64,000 nucleotides of DNA from the IMG/VR virus record IMGVR_UViG_3300037010_004438; one strand, 5' to 3'. Position numbers and translations under genes: made by a program. Below are positions 18,241 to 27,713 of the stretch, one piece after another. How positions within the stretch are numbered: the first letter of the stretch is position 1; every line of letters begins with the position of its first letter. The DNA is from an uncultured virus (IMG/VR IMGVR_UViG_3300037010_004438). Taxonomy: Duplodnaviria > Heunggongvirae > Uroviricota > Caudoviricetes. Under the pieces are notes generated by a model, which had not been told where the DNA came from, searched no databases, and worked only from the letters and a program-made list of their open reading frames with translations.

Positions 18241-18474
18241 ATGGACGAAGAATCCTTTGTCGAAACCGTCCGTGCCGGCATCCGTCGCGCCAATGCGAGG
18301 ATGAAGGCTCTCTTTTGGATTAGCGCGCAAGGCGCCGACGACCAGGGAAGAAAGCAGACGGTCTTCATCTTCATCTCGGCCGACACCGACGCGAGCGAGA
18401 AGGCGCGCAAGGTGCTCGGCGAGGCGGGGCTCCTCCACGGCGTCGATCTCGGCAGGCTCGGGAAGGCGAACTAG
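18241..18474 (+). CDS. Hypothetical protein
   Basis: AGGT RBS; coding bias. Confidence 0.55.
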   Translation: MDEESFVETVRAGIRRANARMKALFWISAQGADDQGRKQTVFIFISADTDASEKARKVLGEAGLLHGVDLGRLGKAN

Positions 18475-18476
18475 CC

Positions 18477-18722
18477 ATGCACGCAAGGCGCATCGTCGAG
18501 ATCAAGAGCGGCAAGCCCGCGACGTGGCTCTCGCACGAACTCACCTGCCTCTACCACGCCTCCGTCGACGGCAAAGTGGCCCTCTGCGGGACCAGGAGGC
18601 TCGCGAGGCAGAACATGTACCCGTCCATCCTCGACCCGGCGACGGACATCATGGCGTGCCGAAGGTGCCTCGAAAAGGTGCGCTACGCAAAGGCGAACGA
18701 GTCGCGCGAGGGAGACTTGTGA
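18477..18722 (+). CDS. Hypothetical zinc-binding protein
   Basis: H..ALCG..CRRC pattern. Confidence 0.55.
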   Translation: MHARRIVEIKSGKPATWLSHELTCLYHASVDGKVALCGTRRLARQNMYPSILDPATDIMACRRCLEKVRYAKANESREGDL

Positions 18723-18940
18723 TGGACCAAAGAGAGCTTGCGAAAGCGCGAGACCTTGGATTCGCAGACGGCGTCGCGGGCGCTACCTCCATGATCCGCG
18801 AACGCATCGAGGCAGAGCAGACCGCCGCCGTAGGCACGAAGGATCCGACCCTGCGCCGCCGCTACCTCTACGGCGCCGCCGTGATGACGAGTCTCTTGAA
18901 CGACATCGAAGAGCGTCTGGGGCGTAAGAGCGAAAAGCCT

Positions 18941-19052
18941 GCCCGCCCCACGCGCGAGCCGCGAAGCGGCGAGCTGAGACGAGAAGGAGCGGGAGAGGGA
19001 GAGGGTTGCTCGCCAGTCCTCCGGACCGGCTCGCATCGGGAACGGGATCGGG
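18941..19052. repeat. Composite hairpin element (copy D)
   Basis: GCGAGCCGCGAAGCGGCGAGC ... GCTCGCC..GGCTCGCA. Confidence 0.8.
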
Positions 19053-19267
19053 AGGAAGAAATGACGAAGGTGAAGCTGACCGCCGAAGACCTGATGCGCG
19101 AGGTGAGTCCGGAGATCGAAGACGACCTCATCGGGCTCATCGCCCAAAAGATACGTTCGTTTGTGCGCCGCGTAAATTTCCGCCTTCTTCGGTCGCCTTC
19201 CCTCGTCCCCCCTACGCGAGCGCCGGTCCAGCGCGACCGGCCCGCTTGGACTAGCATCCGCGCCCCC

Positions 19268-20485
19268 ATGCTACGCAGCGTCCACATCCAGAACTTCAAG
19301 TCGCTGGTCGACGTGACGCTCCCGGTCGGCCGGGTCAACGTCCTGATCGGCAGCAACGGGTCTGGAAAGAGCAACGCCTTGGAGGCACTGGTGTTTGCCG
19401 CTGCCGCCGCCACCGAGAAGCTCGACCGGGAGTTCCTCTTCGCGCGGGGCGTCCGCGTGACCGAACCCGATCTCATGCGTTCGGCGTTCGAGAGCCGCCC
19501 TACCAAGGGCCCGCGGCCTTCAGCAGCCGAGGCGTTCGAGCGGGCGATCCAAGTTGAGTGGGAGGGCGACGACGAGAGCCTGGGTCTCCACGCGATCACC
19601 TTCCCCGAGTTCGGGAATCGATGGAGCGCCACCCCCATTCCTGACCGGGAGGCTCAGCCCACGAAGGCCGATCTACTCGAAGCAAGGAGGGTCATGCGCG
19701 AACAGATGGCCTTCCTGGCGGAGGAGAACGCCAAAGGTTCGGGGAAGTTCGTTGACGAGAACAACATCGAGAACTTCGTGAGAATGCTCGCGGGGATCAG
19801 CGTTGCCCAGCGGCGTCTGAAGACGAGTCCGCTTGCGCCGTTCATGATCTACTCGCCCGAAGCCGCCGCTCTGCGGGTGCTCGAACCCGAAGGCGCGGTC
19901 CTTCCCCTGGGAACGAAAGGCGAGGGACTCTTCAACGTACTCCGAGAGCTATCGAGAGACACGGAGCGCTGGCAGGAACTGAAGGACGCGCTGGGCGTGC
20001 TCGACTGGTTCGAGGATGTCCACATCGCTGACGACGCGCAGACCTTCGAGCGTTCGGTCCGCATCAGCGATCGGTTTCTTACCCCGGGGCGTCAGTTCGA
20101 CCTGCGAAGCGCAAACGAAGCGTTTCTCTTCATCCTGTTCTACTTGGCAGCCGTCCTCAGCCCGATGACCCCGCCAATCTTCGCGATCGACAACATTGGC
20201 GCATCGCTAAATCCGAAGACCTGTCAAGCCCTGATGCGCCAGTTGGCCGAGCTGGCGAAGAAGTACTCGAAACAAATCTTCCTCACGACTCACAATCCGG
20301 CGATCCTCGACGGCCTGAACCTTCACGACGACGAACAGCGCCTCTTCGCGGTACGTCGGAACAAGAAGGGTCGCACGAAGATCAGCCGGATCGACGCGCC
20401 TAAGCCACTTCCCGGCGAGAAGCCCATGAGGCTCTCCGAACTGTTCATGCGTGGTCTGCTCGGCGGCCTTCCGACACACTTCTGA
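19268..20485 (+). CDS. ABC-type AAA_21 / OLD-like ATPase
   Basis: IQNFKS, GSNGSGKSN Walker A, FAIDNIGASLNP Walker B/D-loop, LTTHNP H-loop. Confidence 0.9.
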   Translation: MLRSVHIQNFKSLVDVTLPVGRVNVLIGSNGSGKSNALEALVFAAAAATEKLDREFLFARGVRVTEPDLMRSAFESRPTKGPRPSAAEAFERAIQVEWEGDDESLGLHAITFPEFGNRWSATPIPDREAQPTKADLLEARRVMREQMAFLAEENAKGSGKFVDENNIENFVRMLAGISVAQRRLKTSPLAPFMIYSPEAAALRVLEPEGAVLPLGTKGEGLFNVLRELSRDTERWQELKDALGVLDWFEDVHIADDAQTFERSVRISDRFLTPGRQFDLRSANEAFLFILFYLAAVLSPMTPPIFAIDNIGASLNPKTCQALMRQLAELAKKYSKQIFLTTHNPAILDGLNLHDDEQRLFAVRRNKKGRTKISRIDAPKPLPGEKPMRLSELFMRGLLGGLPTHF

Positions 20486-20504
20486 GATAGGTGCCCAGTG
20501 GCCC

Positions 20505-20813
20505 ATGCTCGACTTCGCGATCATCGCTGAGGGCCCGACGGACCAGATCGTCCTCCGCAGCATCATCGACGGCGTTTGCGACTGGGAAGAGGATCCGTTC
20601 GTCACGAACGTGCAGCCGCCCTACGATGAGACCGGCAAGGAAAGGGTCGACGGAGGTTGGACGCTCGTGCTCGACCAGCTCACGAGCGGCAAGTACAAGG
20701 ACGCGCTCGCCACGAGCCGGTACGTCATCGTCCAGATCGACACCGACATCCTCTCGGACCTCTGGACGAGTCTCCAACGGCCGGACTCGCTTCCTCGCGG
20801 TCGATCACCATGA
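20505..20813 (+). pseudogene. Truncated TOPRIM-like (DUF4276/RloB-like) partner of the ATPase
   Basis: IIAEGPTD ... GGW ... IVQIDTD, then loses coding character. Confidence 0.6.
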
Positions 20814-21066
20814 GGGCGCGGATCGTCCCGGCGATCCGCGCGACGACCTCGACCTCTTGCCCCTGTCGCTTGGCGACATCCGCCTCTTCGCGGCGGATGC
20901 GCTCCATCTCCCCGAGGATCGAGACCTTCTCCGCGTTGAGCTTCTCGTTCCTCGCCCTCCAGGTGTCACGATCGAGCCCGCCTTCTAGGTGAAGGTCGAG
21001 GAGCTTCTCGATCTTCTCGGCCGCCGCCCGCCCCGCGGACTTGGACGTGGACGGGCCGCGGGACGC

Positions 21067-22566
21067 CTACACCTTCCCCGCGACGTATACCAATTCCTTC
21101 TTCGCCCGCGTGATGGCGACGTAGAGCAGATTCTCCTCTTCGATCCTGGCGGAGTCAGAAGCGACGAGCCTTCGCTCGCCGCCATCTCCATTCTCGCCGC
21201 CGCCCCAGTACGTGTCGCGCAAGACAAAGACGCGGTCGGCTTCGAGCCCCTTGGCCCGGTGGGTCGAGGAGAGGCGGATCTTGAAGCGATCCTCGGTCTC
21301 CGCAAAGACGTGCTCGATGGCGGAATGAATGTCGTCGAGGCTCCTTGCGCCGACAGCGAGCGCCTCGATGCACGCTCTCTTGTCGTTGACGGAGTCGATC
21401 TCTCTTCCGAGCTTCAAGAGACGGGCAACTTCCAGCGCGTGCCAATCCTTCACGAACGTGAGCAGCTCCTCGACCGTCTCAGCTTTACTCTTGACGATGA
21501 AGTTGCTGAGATTCTGGCCGATCTCGCGTCCCTGCACGTACGCAGGCCGGCCCTGGCTGATGAGGCGAAAACAAATCGAGACGATGGGAGCGTTGAGGCG
21601 GCTGACCACGAAGTCGCCGCCTTTCAGCTCCTCGGTCAAGCGCGAAACATCGATCGTGCGCACGATCCCCTCGGGAGCTTCCAGAGAGGCCTCGATGGTC
21701 GGCTCGATGCGCTGCGCCTCGGCGACCACCTTCCTCGGACATCGATAAGAGATGGACAGCGGCAGGCACTTCGCGTCAAGTGCCTCCTCGACCTTCTGCA
21801 TGGCCGTGATGTCGGCTCCCGCGAAGGCGTAGATGCTCTGGCGAGGATCGCCGACAGCGATGACGCGCCCTTTGCCCTCGGCGGCCTTGAGCACGATCTG
21901 AATCTTCGAGGCGTTCAGATCTTGCGTCTCGTCGACGAAAACGTAGTCGTAACGGGGGATGGGGATGCGGTCGATGCAGGGCATCCAGATCATGTCGTCA
22001 TAGTCGACGACGTTGCGCTCGGCGCGCGCGGCGAGCATCGCGCGGAGCATTGCCTCGGCGATCTGCTGGGGCGTGAGGTTCGACGACTCGATCTCGTGCT
22101 GTTCGAGCAGATCGAGGAAGTCGCGCCGATGGGCGAGCATCCCCTTGGCGAGCCCCACCGCCTTCTTCACGAGACGGACGTTGTCGTACGAGGCGTACGG
22201 GTCCATCTCGACGTCTTCGACGGCGCGCCCCATGTCCCAGCTGGCGAGCACCTCCCTCACGAGGCGGTCGCCCTTGTCGGTCTGCACGTCGACGTCGCGG
22301 ACGCGCCGCAGCGCCCGAAGACCGAAGCTATGCAAGGTCATCGCCGGGATGGACGGAGGGAGGCGCGATTTCAGCTCCTCCGCGATCTTCGAATTGAAGG
22401 CGACGAAGACCGCTTTCTTGCCGCGAGGAACTAGGTTCGCCGCCTCGACAATCGTCGTCGTCTTCCCGCTGCCAGGGACCGCTCGAACGATCGCGTTGCC
22501 CGTGCCCGAACGCACGAAATCGAAGACCGCCTCTTGATAAGCGCTCCAAACCTTGCCCTCTGCCAT
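21067..22566 (-). CDS. UvrD/REP-like SF1A helicase
   Basis: PGSGKTTT, VDETQD, VGDPRQSIYAF, SYRCP, THRAKGLE, YVAITRAK. Confidence 0.95.
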   Translation of the reverse strand: MAEGKVWSAYQEAVFDFVRSGTGNAIVRAVPGSGKTTTIVEAANLVPRGKKAVFVAFNSKIAEELKSRLPPSIPAMTLHSFGLRALRRVRDVDVQTDKGDRLVREVLASWDMGRAVEDVEMDPYASYDNVRLVKKAVGLAKGMLAHRRDFLDLLEQHEIESSNLTPQQIAEAMLRAMLAARAERNVVDYDDMIWMPCIDRIPIPRYDYVFVDETQDLNASKIQIVLKAAEGKGRVIAVGDPRQSIYAFAGADITAMQKVEEALDAKCLPLSISYRCPRKVVAEAQRIEPTIEASLEAPEGIVRTIDVSRLTEELKGGDFVVSRLNAPIVSICFRLISQGRPAYVQGREIGQNLSNFIVKSKAETVEELLTFVKDWHALEVARLLKLGREIDSVNDKRACIEALAVGARSLDDIHSAIEHVFAETEDRFKIRLSSTHRAKGLEADRVFVLRDTYWGGGENGDGGERRLVASDSARIEEENLLYVAITRAKKELVYVAGKV

Positions 22567-22714
22567 GTTCGCCTCCGATCAGGTTGAAGAGCCCGCAACG
22601 GGGCCAACGCTGACAAGGCCGACGTAGGCATGGAAAGGAGCGAGAAGCAACAGGGCCCGTCGTCCTCACCTTTGCGAAGGACGCGCGACGCTGCGCGATG
22701 CTGCGCGCCGGCGC

Positions 22715-23482
22715 TCAGACCGTCTCGGCGAGAACCTTCTGAACCGCGATCGGCACGATGGCGCTGTGAGGGTTCTTCCCGGCAGGCGTGTCGATGCGCT
22801 CAAAGGAAGCGCGCCCGCGCAGCCCCTGATGGAACCCGGCGAAGTCGCGCGACCAGGTGCCGACTTGGTAGAAGACGCGGACGGGAACCTTCTCACCGAG
22901 CTTGCCGAAGAGGTCTCCGTACCCCGCGCTCCCGCACACGTCGACGACGGCGACGAGGCGGGGAAGGATCTCGCCGAGGGGCGCGAGGAGGCCTCCGACG
23001 GGCGTGCAGCCCGCTCCGCTGTGTCCCACGAGGATCACGTTGGAGCGGTCGACGTTCGCGCCGATCGCTGCTTCGACGGAGGCGACGAACTCGTCGAGGT
23101 TGAAGCCCTTCCAAAGGCCTGTGCCGGAGGCGGCGACGGTCTGGCTCGGGGCTGCGACGACGGTGCCTTCGGGGACCATCGCGCGCAGGTCGTAGTCCGT
23201 GTCGGAGGCTCCGAGGCCTCCGTGCAGCATCCCGCCGTCGTTGTTGCCGTGAAGGTAGACGAGCAAGCGCGCGCCGTTCCGCGTGCCCGGCGGAACGTAG
23301 GCCGCGCCTCCGTAGCGCTCCCCTTTGCGGACGTCGAGGTAGTCCGCGTCGCGGTACGGAAAGTAGTAGTCGCCCGCGTCGATGGATCTGCCGAAGACGC
23401 GGTTCGCGAACGCGATGGTGAAGAGCGTTCCGCCCGCCGCGAGGACCAGCTCCGCCCGGGACCACTTCCAGGGAGGAATCAC
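22715..23482 (-). CDS. Membrane-anchored alpha/beta-hydrolase-like protein
   Basis: N-terminal TM; VYLHG and GHSGAG (GxSxG); GTG overlaps the upstream stop. Confidence 0.7.
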   Translation of the reverse strand: MIPPWKWSRAELVLAAGGTLFTIAFANRVFGRSIDAGDYYFPYRDADYLDVRKGERYGGAAYVPPGTRNGARLLVYLHGNNDGGMLHGGLGASDTDYDLRAMVPEGTVVAAPSQTVAASGTGLWKGFNLDEFVASVEAAIGANVDRSNVILVGHSGAGCTPVGGLLAPLGEILPRLVAVVDVCGSAGYGDLFGKLGEKVPVRVFYQVGTWSRDFAGFHQGLRGRASFERIDTPAGKNPHSAIVPIAVQKVLAETV

Positions 23483-24039
23483 GACTTCGCTCCGGGCGCG
23501 AGGAGGGCGCGGACCTTCTCCTCCGCGTTCAAGAGCCCCTCTGGGGGAGCGCCGTTGAAGGGCCATACCGTGAACTTGCTCGGAGCCTTGCCGGTCTCCC
23601 AGGCTTCGAGGTGAAGCATGGCGAGACCGTCGCTGTCGGCGCGCACGGTGCCCATCACCTCCCCGGCCTCCACTTCCTGTCCGGGCGAGACGGAAGGGTC
23701 GATCTCCGCGTAGATGTAGTCGGCGTCGGGGTGGCGCACGACGATGGCGCCGAGCCCCGCGTGCAGCTCGTAGCCGGTCGCGGGCCCGAGGACGACGCCC
23801 CGATCGATCGCAAGAACCTTGTCGCCCGATCGCGCGGCGAGATCGACTGCGGCGTGCTTGCGGGTGTAGGGGCCTTTGGCCGGCCTCCCCGAACCGAATC
23901 CGCTCAGGATTCCGCGGTTCGGGCTCACCGGCCAAACGCGCAAGGAGGAGGAGGACGCGCGCGCTCGTAGCGCGATGATCGCGGCGCCCACGAAGAGGCC
24001 GGTCCCGACGAGGATGTAAGGGAATGGACGCTGGCCCAT
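23479..24039 (-). CDS. M23-family peptidase with N-terminal TM anchor
   Basis: WPV..SGFG..HAAVDL (HxxxD) ... LHLE. Confidence 0.8.
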   Translation of the reverse strand: MGQRPFPYILVGTGLFVGAAIIALRARASSSSLRVWPVSPNRGILSGFGSGRPAKGPYTRKHAAVDLAARSGDKVLAIDRGVVLGPATGYELHAGLGAIVVRHPDADYIYAEIDPSVSPGQEVEAGEVMGTVRADSDGLAMLHLEAWETGKAPSKFTVWPFNGAPPEGLLNAEEKVRALLAPGAKS

Positions 24040-24061
24040 GAGCCGGAGAGTATCATGCCCG

Positions 24062-24220
24062 CCGGCCCCTCCCACCTCCCACGTGCGAGCCGCGAAGCGG
24101 CGAGCGAAGATGAAGAGAGGCGGAAACGGAGCGGAAAGACGAAAGGGAGCGGGATCGGGAGTGGTGGCGGGGAAGATTGCTCGCCCGCTACCGAAGGCTT
24201 GCAGGCGGGAGCGGGCGGGA
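24062..24220. repeat. Composite hairpin element (copy E); left arm is also an inverted repeat of 25786-25816
   Basis: CCGGCCCCTCCCACCTCCCACGTGCGAGCCGCGAAGCGGCGAG. Confidence 0.85.
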
Positions 24221-24268
24221 CGCCTTCCAGGACTTGTTTTCCTAACAGGACTAGAATACTCAGTCTAC

Positions 24269-24511
24269 ATGAGCGACTACGGCAAGACATGGGAGGAGAT
24301 CCGAAGGGTCCGCGAGCAGATTCGGCGCCTCGACGCGAAAATCGACGCCTCTTCGCTCGCGTCCGCGAAGCAAGAAGAGGCGCGCCGCAGGCATGGTTGG
24401 GACCGCGCCTTCGGAAGCCTGCTCAGCGAGGATGAGACCCGATACCGCGCCCGCATCGACCGCCTCTTCCGCAAATGGGAGCAGCTCGAAGAGAAGGCGG
24501 AGACGGCATGA
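24269..24511 (+). CDS. Hypothetical protein
   Basis: TAGAAT upstream; ATGA overlap with the MTase. Confidence 0.6.
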   Translation: MSDYGKTWEEIRRVREQIRRLDAKIDASSLASAKQEEARRRHGWDRAFGSLLSEDETRYRARIDRLFRKWEQLEEKAETA

Positions 24512-25164
24512 AGACGAGCGCGTTCGAGGACCTGCAGAAGGTCTCTGGCGGAGGATACGAAATCCTCTACGCGGACCCTCCGTGGAAGCACTACGGAGAC
24601 CCGAAGAAGGACCAAGCGGCCGGCAAGCACTACGACTGCATGACCGTGCCCGAGATGCTGGAGAAGGTCCCGATTCGCTCCATCATGGCGCCCGCCTCGG
24701 TCCTCTTCTGCTGGGCGACCTGCCCGATGCTCGATCAGGCGATCGATCTCATCCGAGGGTACGGGCTCCACTACCGCGGCGTCGCGCGTATCTGGGTGAA
24801 GACGCGCGCCGACGGCGGCATCATCCACGGGCAAGGCGTCCGTCCCTCATTCGTCAAGCCGACGACGGAGCTGCTCCTCGTCGCCTCGACGAACCGAAAG
24901 GGGCGCACGTTCAAGATCCTCACCGAGTCGATGGGTCAGGTCGTCCTCGCCCCACGCCCGGCGGAGACTTCCGGGAAGTCGATCCATTCGGCGAAGCCGA
25001 CCATCTTCCGCGACGACATCGTCCGTCTTCTTGGAGATCGAAAGAGGGTCGAACTGTTCGGGCGAGAAGAAGCTGCAGGCTGGGACGTCTGGGGCAATCA
25101 AATTCAAAGACCGCCCCTCCCACCTCCCGCGTGCGCCGCCGACGGCGGCGCGAACAGAGAATGA
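24508..25164 (+). CDS. MT-A70-family adenine methyltransferase
   Basis: ILYADPPW, LFCWAT, HSAKP, ELFGR, GWDVWGNQ. Confidence 0.92.
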   Translation: MKTSAFEDLQKVSGGGYEILYADPPWKHYGDPKKDQAAGKHYDCMTVPEMLEKVPIRSIMAPASVLFCWATCPMLDQAIDLIRGYGLHYRGVARIWVKTRADGGIIHGQGVRPSFVKPTTELLLVASTNRKGRTFKILTESMGQVVLAPRPAETSGKSIHSAKPTIFRDDIVRLLGDRKRVELFGREEAAGWDVWGNQIQRPPLPPPACAADGGANRE

Positions 25165-25561
25165 GCATGGCAAAGTTGAGCCCTCCCGAAGAGAGCGCTC
25201 TCGGCGCCCGCGTTCGCGTACGAGAAACTCGACGTCTACATTCTCGCGGCCCGAGTTTGCCGAATTCGCCCACAAAGAGACGATCTCGCTCGACCCTTCG
25301 GGCGCGCACCTCGCCGACCAGATTCGGAGGGCCTCCACATCCATCGTCCTCAACATCGCCGAGGGCACCCAGCGACTTTCGCGCGCTGACAAGGCCCGCT
25401 TCTATGGAATGGCATCGGGCTCGGCAGCCGAGTGCGGAGCTGCTCTGGAGCTTCTCCATCGCCTCCGCTTCATCGACCTCTCGGGCTATGCGAGCGGAAC
25501 CACGAAGGTGCGGAGAATTTCCGCCATGATCCGCGGGCTCATTCAAAGCATGCGAGGGTAG
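25161..25561 (+). pseudogene. Four-helix-bundle protein (23S-IVP/Avd-like), two +1 frameshifts in the 5' part
   Basis: FAYEKLDVY (frame 2) joins LADQIRRASTSIVLNIAEG..DKARFY..GSAAEC (frame 3). Confidence 0.85.
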
Positions 25562-25565
25562 AGCG

Positions 25566-25757
25566 ATGATGCTGCAAGTGAAGATCGGAGAGGAGACGAT
25601 CTGCCTCGCGGATGCTCCCATGCTCCGCAGACCGCCCAAGGTCGGCGAACGATTCGATGTGAGGAAGAAGGGAGAGCGCTGCCTCGAAGGCGTGCGACTC
25701 CGAGAGGTTCGCGACCTCGCCGAGAACGGTCTCCTCTACATTCTTGCGAAGGGATGA
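25566..25757 (+). CDS. Small hypothetical protein
   Basis: GAGG RBS. Confidence 0.5.
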   Translation: MMLQVKIGEETICLADAPMLRRPPKVGERFDVRKKGERCLEGVRLREVRDLAENGLLYILAKG

Positions 25758-25768
25758 GGGCCAAGGAC

Positions 25769-25816
25769 GCTCGCCGGGCTTTGCCCGGCTCGCGCGTGGG
25801 AGGTGGGAGGGGCCGG
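25769..25816. repeat. Hairpin-family right arm (copy F)
   Basis: Reverse complement of 24062-24092 (1 mismatch in 31) and of 25113-25135. Confidence 0.8.
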
Positions 25817-26238
25817 TCCGCGAGGGATGTGATACGTCCCCTCACGCCTCTGTCCATAGGCCAAAAACTCCTCCTCAGAGGCGTCGCAGTGGCGGGCGTC
25901 GACCATCTCCTCTACCGCGGATCGCGGGCACAAGCGCCACGATCTCTGCCCACGTCGCCGCGTCATGGCGAATCATGGGGAAACAGAATACCGCCCTTCG
26001 CCGAGTACGGAGCGCCCTCCTCTCCCGCTCGCTCCCCACCCTCGTCGCCGACCAAGTCGCCGCCCGCGCACGCGCCTCCTCATCGAAGGGCGAAGGTCGC
26101 ACCAGATGCGCCCTCGGACGGGAGATGCGCCTGCGGCCGCTGCCGCTCTCCGCCTGTGCCCGCGCCATCACGACGAGGATGCGATTGTCCGCTCGGAGGC
26201 AGCGGACGGAGGCGGGGCTGGGGCGAAAGCTGCGGAGC

Positions 26239-27015
26239 CTACTCGTAGTCGCGGACGGCGACGAAGGAGGGGAAACGCGGAATGCCGCGACTCGTCAGCT
26301 CTTGGAAGCGGAAGGTGATGACGTCCCCGTTCTTCGGCGGCCTTCGGCGCTGGGCGTCCGAAAAGCCCGTGCCGACCTGGAAGTGGACGCCCGCCTTCAG
26401 GCCCGATCGCGTGTCCTTCTTCGAGACGCAGTCGAGCGCGCCCATCATCCCCTCGAACTTCCCTTGTCCCGGAACGCGACCGACGACCTCCGCCTCCGCG
26501 TCGAAGAAAGTCTTCACCTTCAGGAGGGCGGAGGAGCGCTTGCGCTCGTAGGCGGAGCCCGCTCTGCGCAACATGACGCCCTCGCCTCCCTGATCCTCGA
26601 TCGAGCGAAGGAAGCGGACGAGGTCCTCCTTCGAGCGGCACTTCTTCTGCGCGAGCTTCTTCGCGTGCGCGGGAAGGCGACCGATGCGATCGAGGCGATC
26701 CTCGAAGCCTCCGCGCTCCTTCGGAGCGTCGAAGATGAGGTACTTGACCTTCTTCCATCCGGGGCCGGGCACCTTCGTCCGGACGATGCCGCTCACGGTC
26801 TCGAAGTCGCCGCGGCCCGTCCACAACTCGCCGTCGAGGTCTTGCTTCGGCATCCCCTTCTTGAACCAGTCGGGCGCGGCGAAGATGTTGCCGTTGCGCG
26901 ATCGGAACTCCTCGCCGTCCCAATACGACCGCACCCCATCGAGCTTCTCGCTCATCCACCAGCCGCTCGGGTCCTGATCTTCCCACGACTTCGAGAGCAT
27001 CACCTGAAAGGCCAT
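26239..27015 (-). CDS. Minimal ATP-dependent DNA ligase
   Basis: SEKLDGVR (motif I), LDGELW, GGEGVM, LLKVK, OB domain GTGFSD..PRFP. Confidence 0.95.
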   Translation of the reverse strand: MAFQVMLSKSWEDQDPSGWWMSEKLDGVRSYWDGEEFRSRNGNIFAAPDWFKKGMPKQDLDGELWTGRGDFETVSGIVRTKVPGPGWKKVKYLIFDAPKERGGFEDRLDRIGRLPAHAKKLAQKKCRSKEDLVRFLRSIEDQGGEGVMLRRAGSAYERKRSSALLKVKTFFDAEAEVVGRVPGQGKFEGMMGALDCVSKKDTRSGLKAGVHFQVGTGFSDAQRRRPPKNGDVITFRFQELTSRGIPRFPSFVAVRDYE

Positions 27016-27230
27016 TCGCAGAGGCTATCTCAAGTTGCGGGGTTTGTGGAGCCTTCGCCCTCGCCCTGTCGCCGCGCAGCGGCGACGAGGCTTTCCGTTT
27101 TGCCCCAAGCTGCGGGGCAATGGGAGGTTTTTTTCAAGAAGCGGCCGATCGTCGTGCGAGGTTGCTCTTCAAGGAGCGCCCGCCTGCGGCGGACGCCGGG
27201 CGAGGGCGAGGGCTCCGCGCGCCTCTTGCC

Positions 27231-27259
27231 TTGACAAAATAGGCTCTCAAAACTAAGAT
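27231..27259 (+). promoter_or_regulatory. Sigma70-like promoter
   Basis: TTGACA-N17-TAAGAT. Confidence 0.8.
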
Positions 27260-27280
27260 CCTCCCTCCTGGTGAGGAACC

Positions 27281-27709
27281 ATGAAGAAGACGACCGTCCC
27301 CCTCGAGAACCTCGCAGAAGCCATCATCCTCGACTGGAGGGATCGCGCCGACGGAGAGGAGAACGGCGCCGAGCGCTTCCTCATGCAGCAGACCGTCGAG
27401 GTGCTTCGCGCCCTCCTCGAAAAGGTTCGCAAGGGGGAGGAGATCGCCTCCGAGCTAGCATTCGCCGCCGAGTGCCAGCTCGCGACAATCGATGAGGTCG
27501 AGTCGAGGGCCAGGACGCCGAAGCATGTCCTCGAACGCCACCGCTCCATCGGAAGACGCCTCGTCGCCTTCGTGAAGACCCGCGGGCTCTGCGTGAGGGG
27601 GCCGCGACTCTCGATGGCCGTCGCGGAGATCGAGGACGCCTCCGATCGAGGAGAAGAGATGGAAGTCGATGAAGTGGGCCTCGACGGAGAGCGGATCGGG
27701 CTCGCGTAG
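27281..27709 (+). CDS. Hypothetical protein
   Basis: GAGG RBS after promoter. Confidence 0.65.
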   Translation: MKKTTVPLENLAEAIILDWRDRADGEENGAERFLMQQTVEVLRALLEKVRKGEEIASELAFAAECQLATIDEVESRARTPKHVLERHRSIGRRLVAFVKTRGLCVRGPRLSMAVAEIEDASDRGEEMEVDEVGLDGERIGLA

Positions 27710-27713
27710 AACC

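Noticed and set aside
18524..19267. N-terminal extension of the 653-aa ORF
   Set aside because: Reads through separate small genes and a hairpin element; the ATPase clearly starts at 19268 (MLRSVHIQNFKS).
19268..22566. Gabija system (ATPase/TOPRIM + UvrD)
   Set aside because: Helicase is convergent, separated by another ORF and matches the viral codon style, whereas the ATPase cassette differs; TOPRIM part is separate and truncated.
25161..25561. Diversity-generating retroelement (Avd homolog)
   Set aside because: No reverse transcriptase and no TR/VR pair with adenine-specific mismatches seen in the window.
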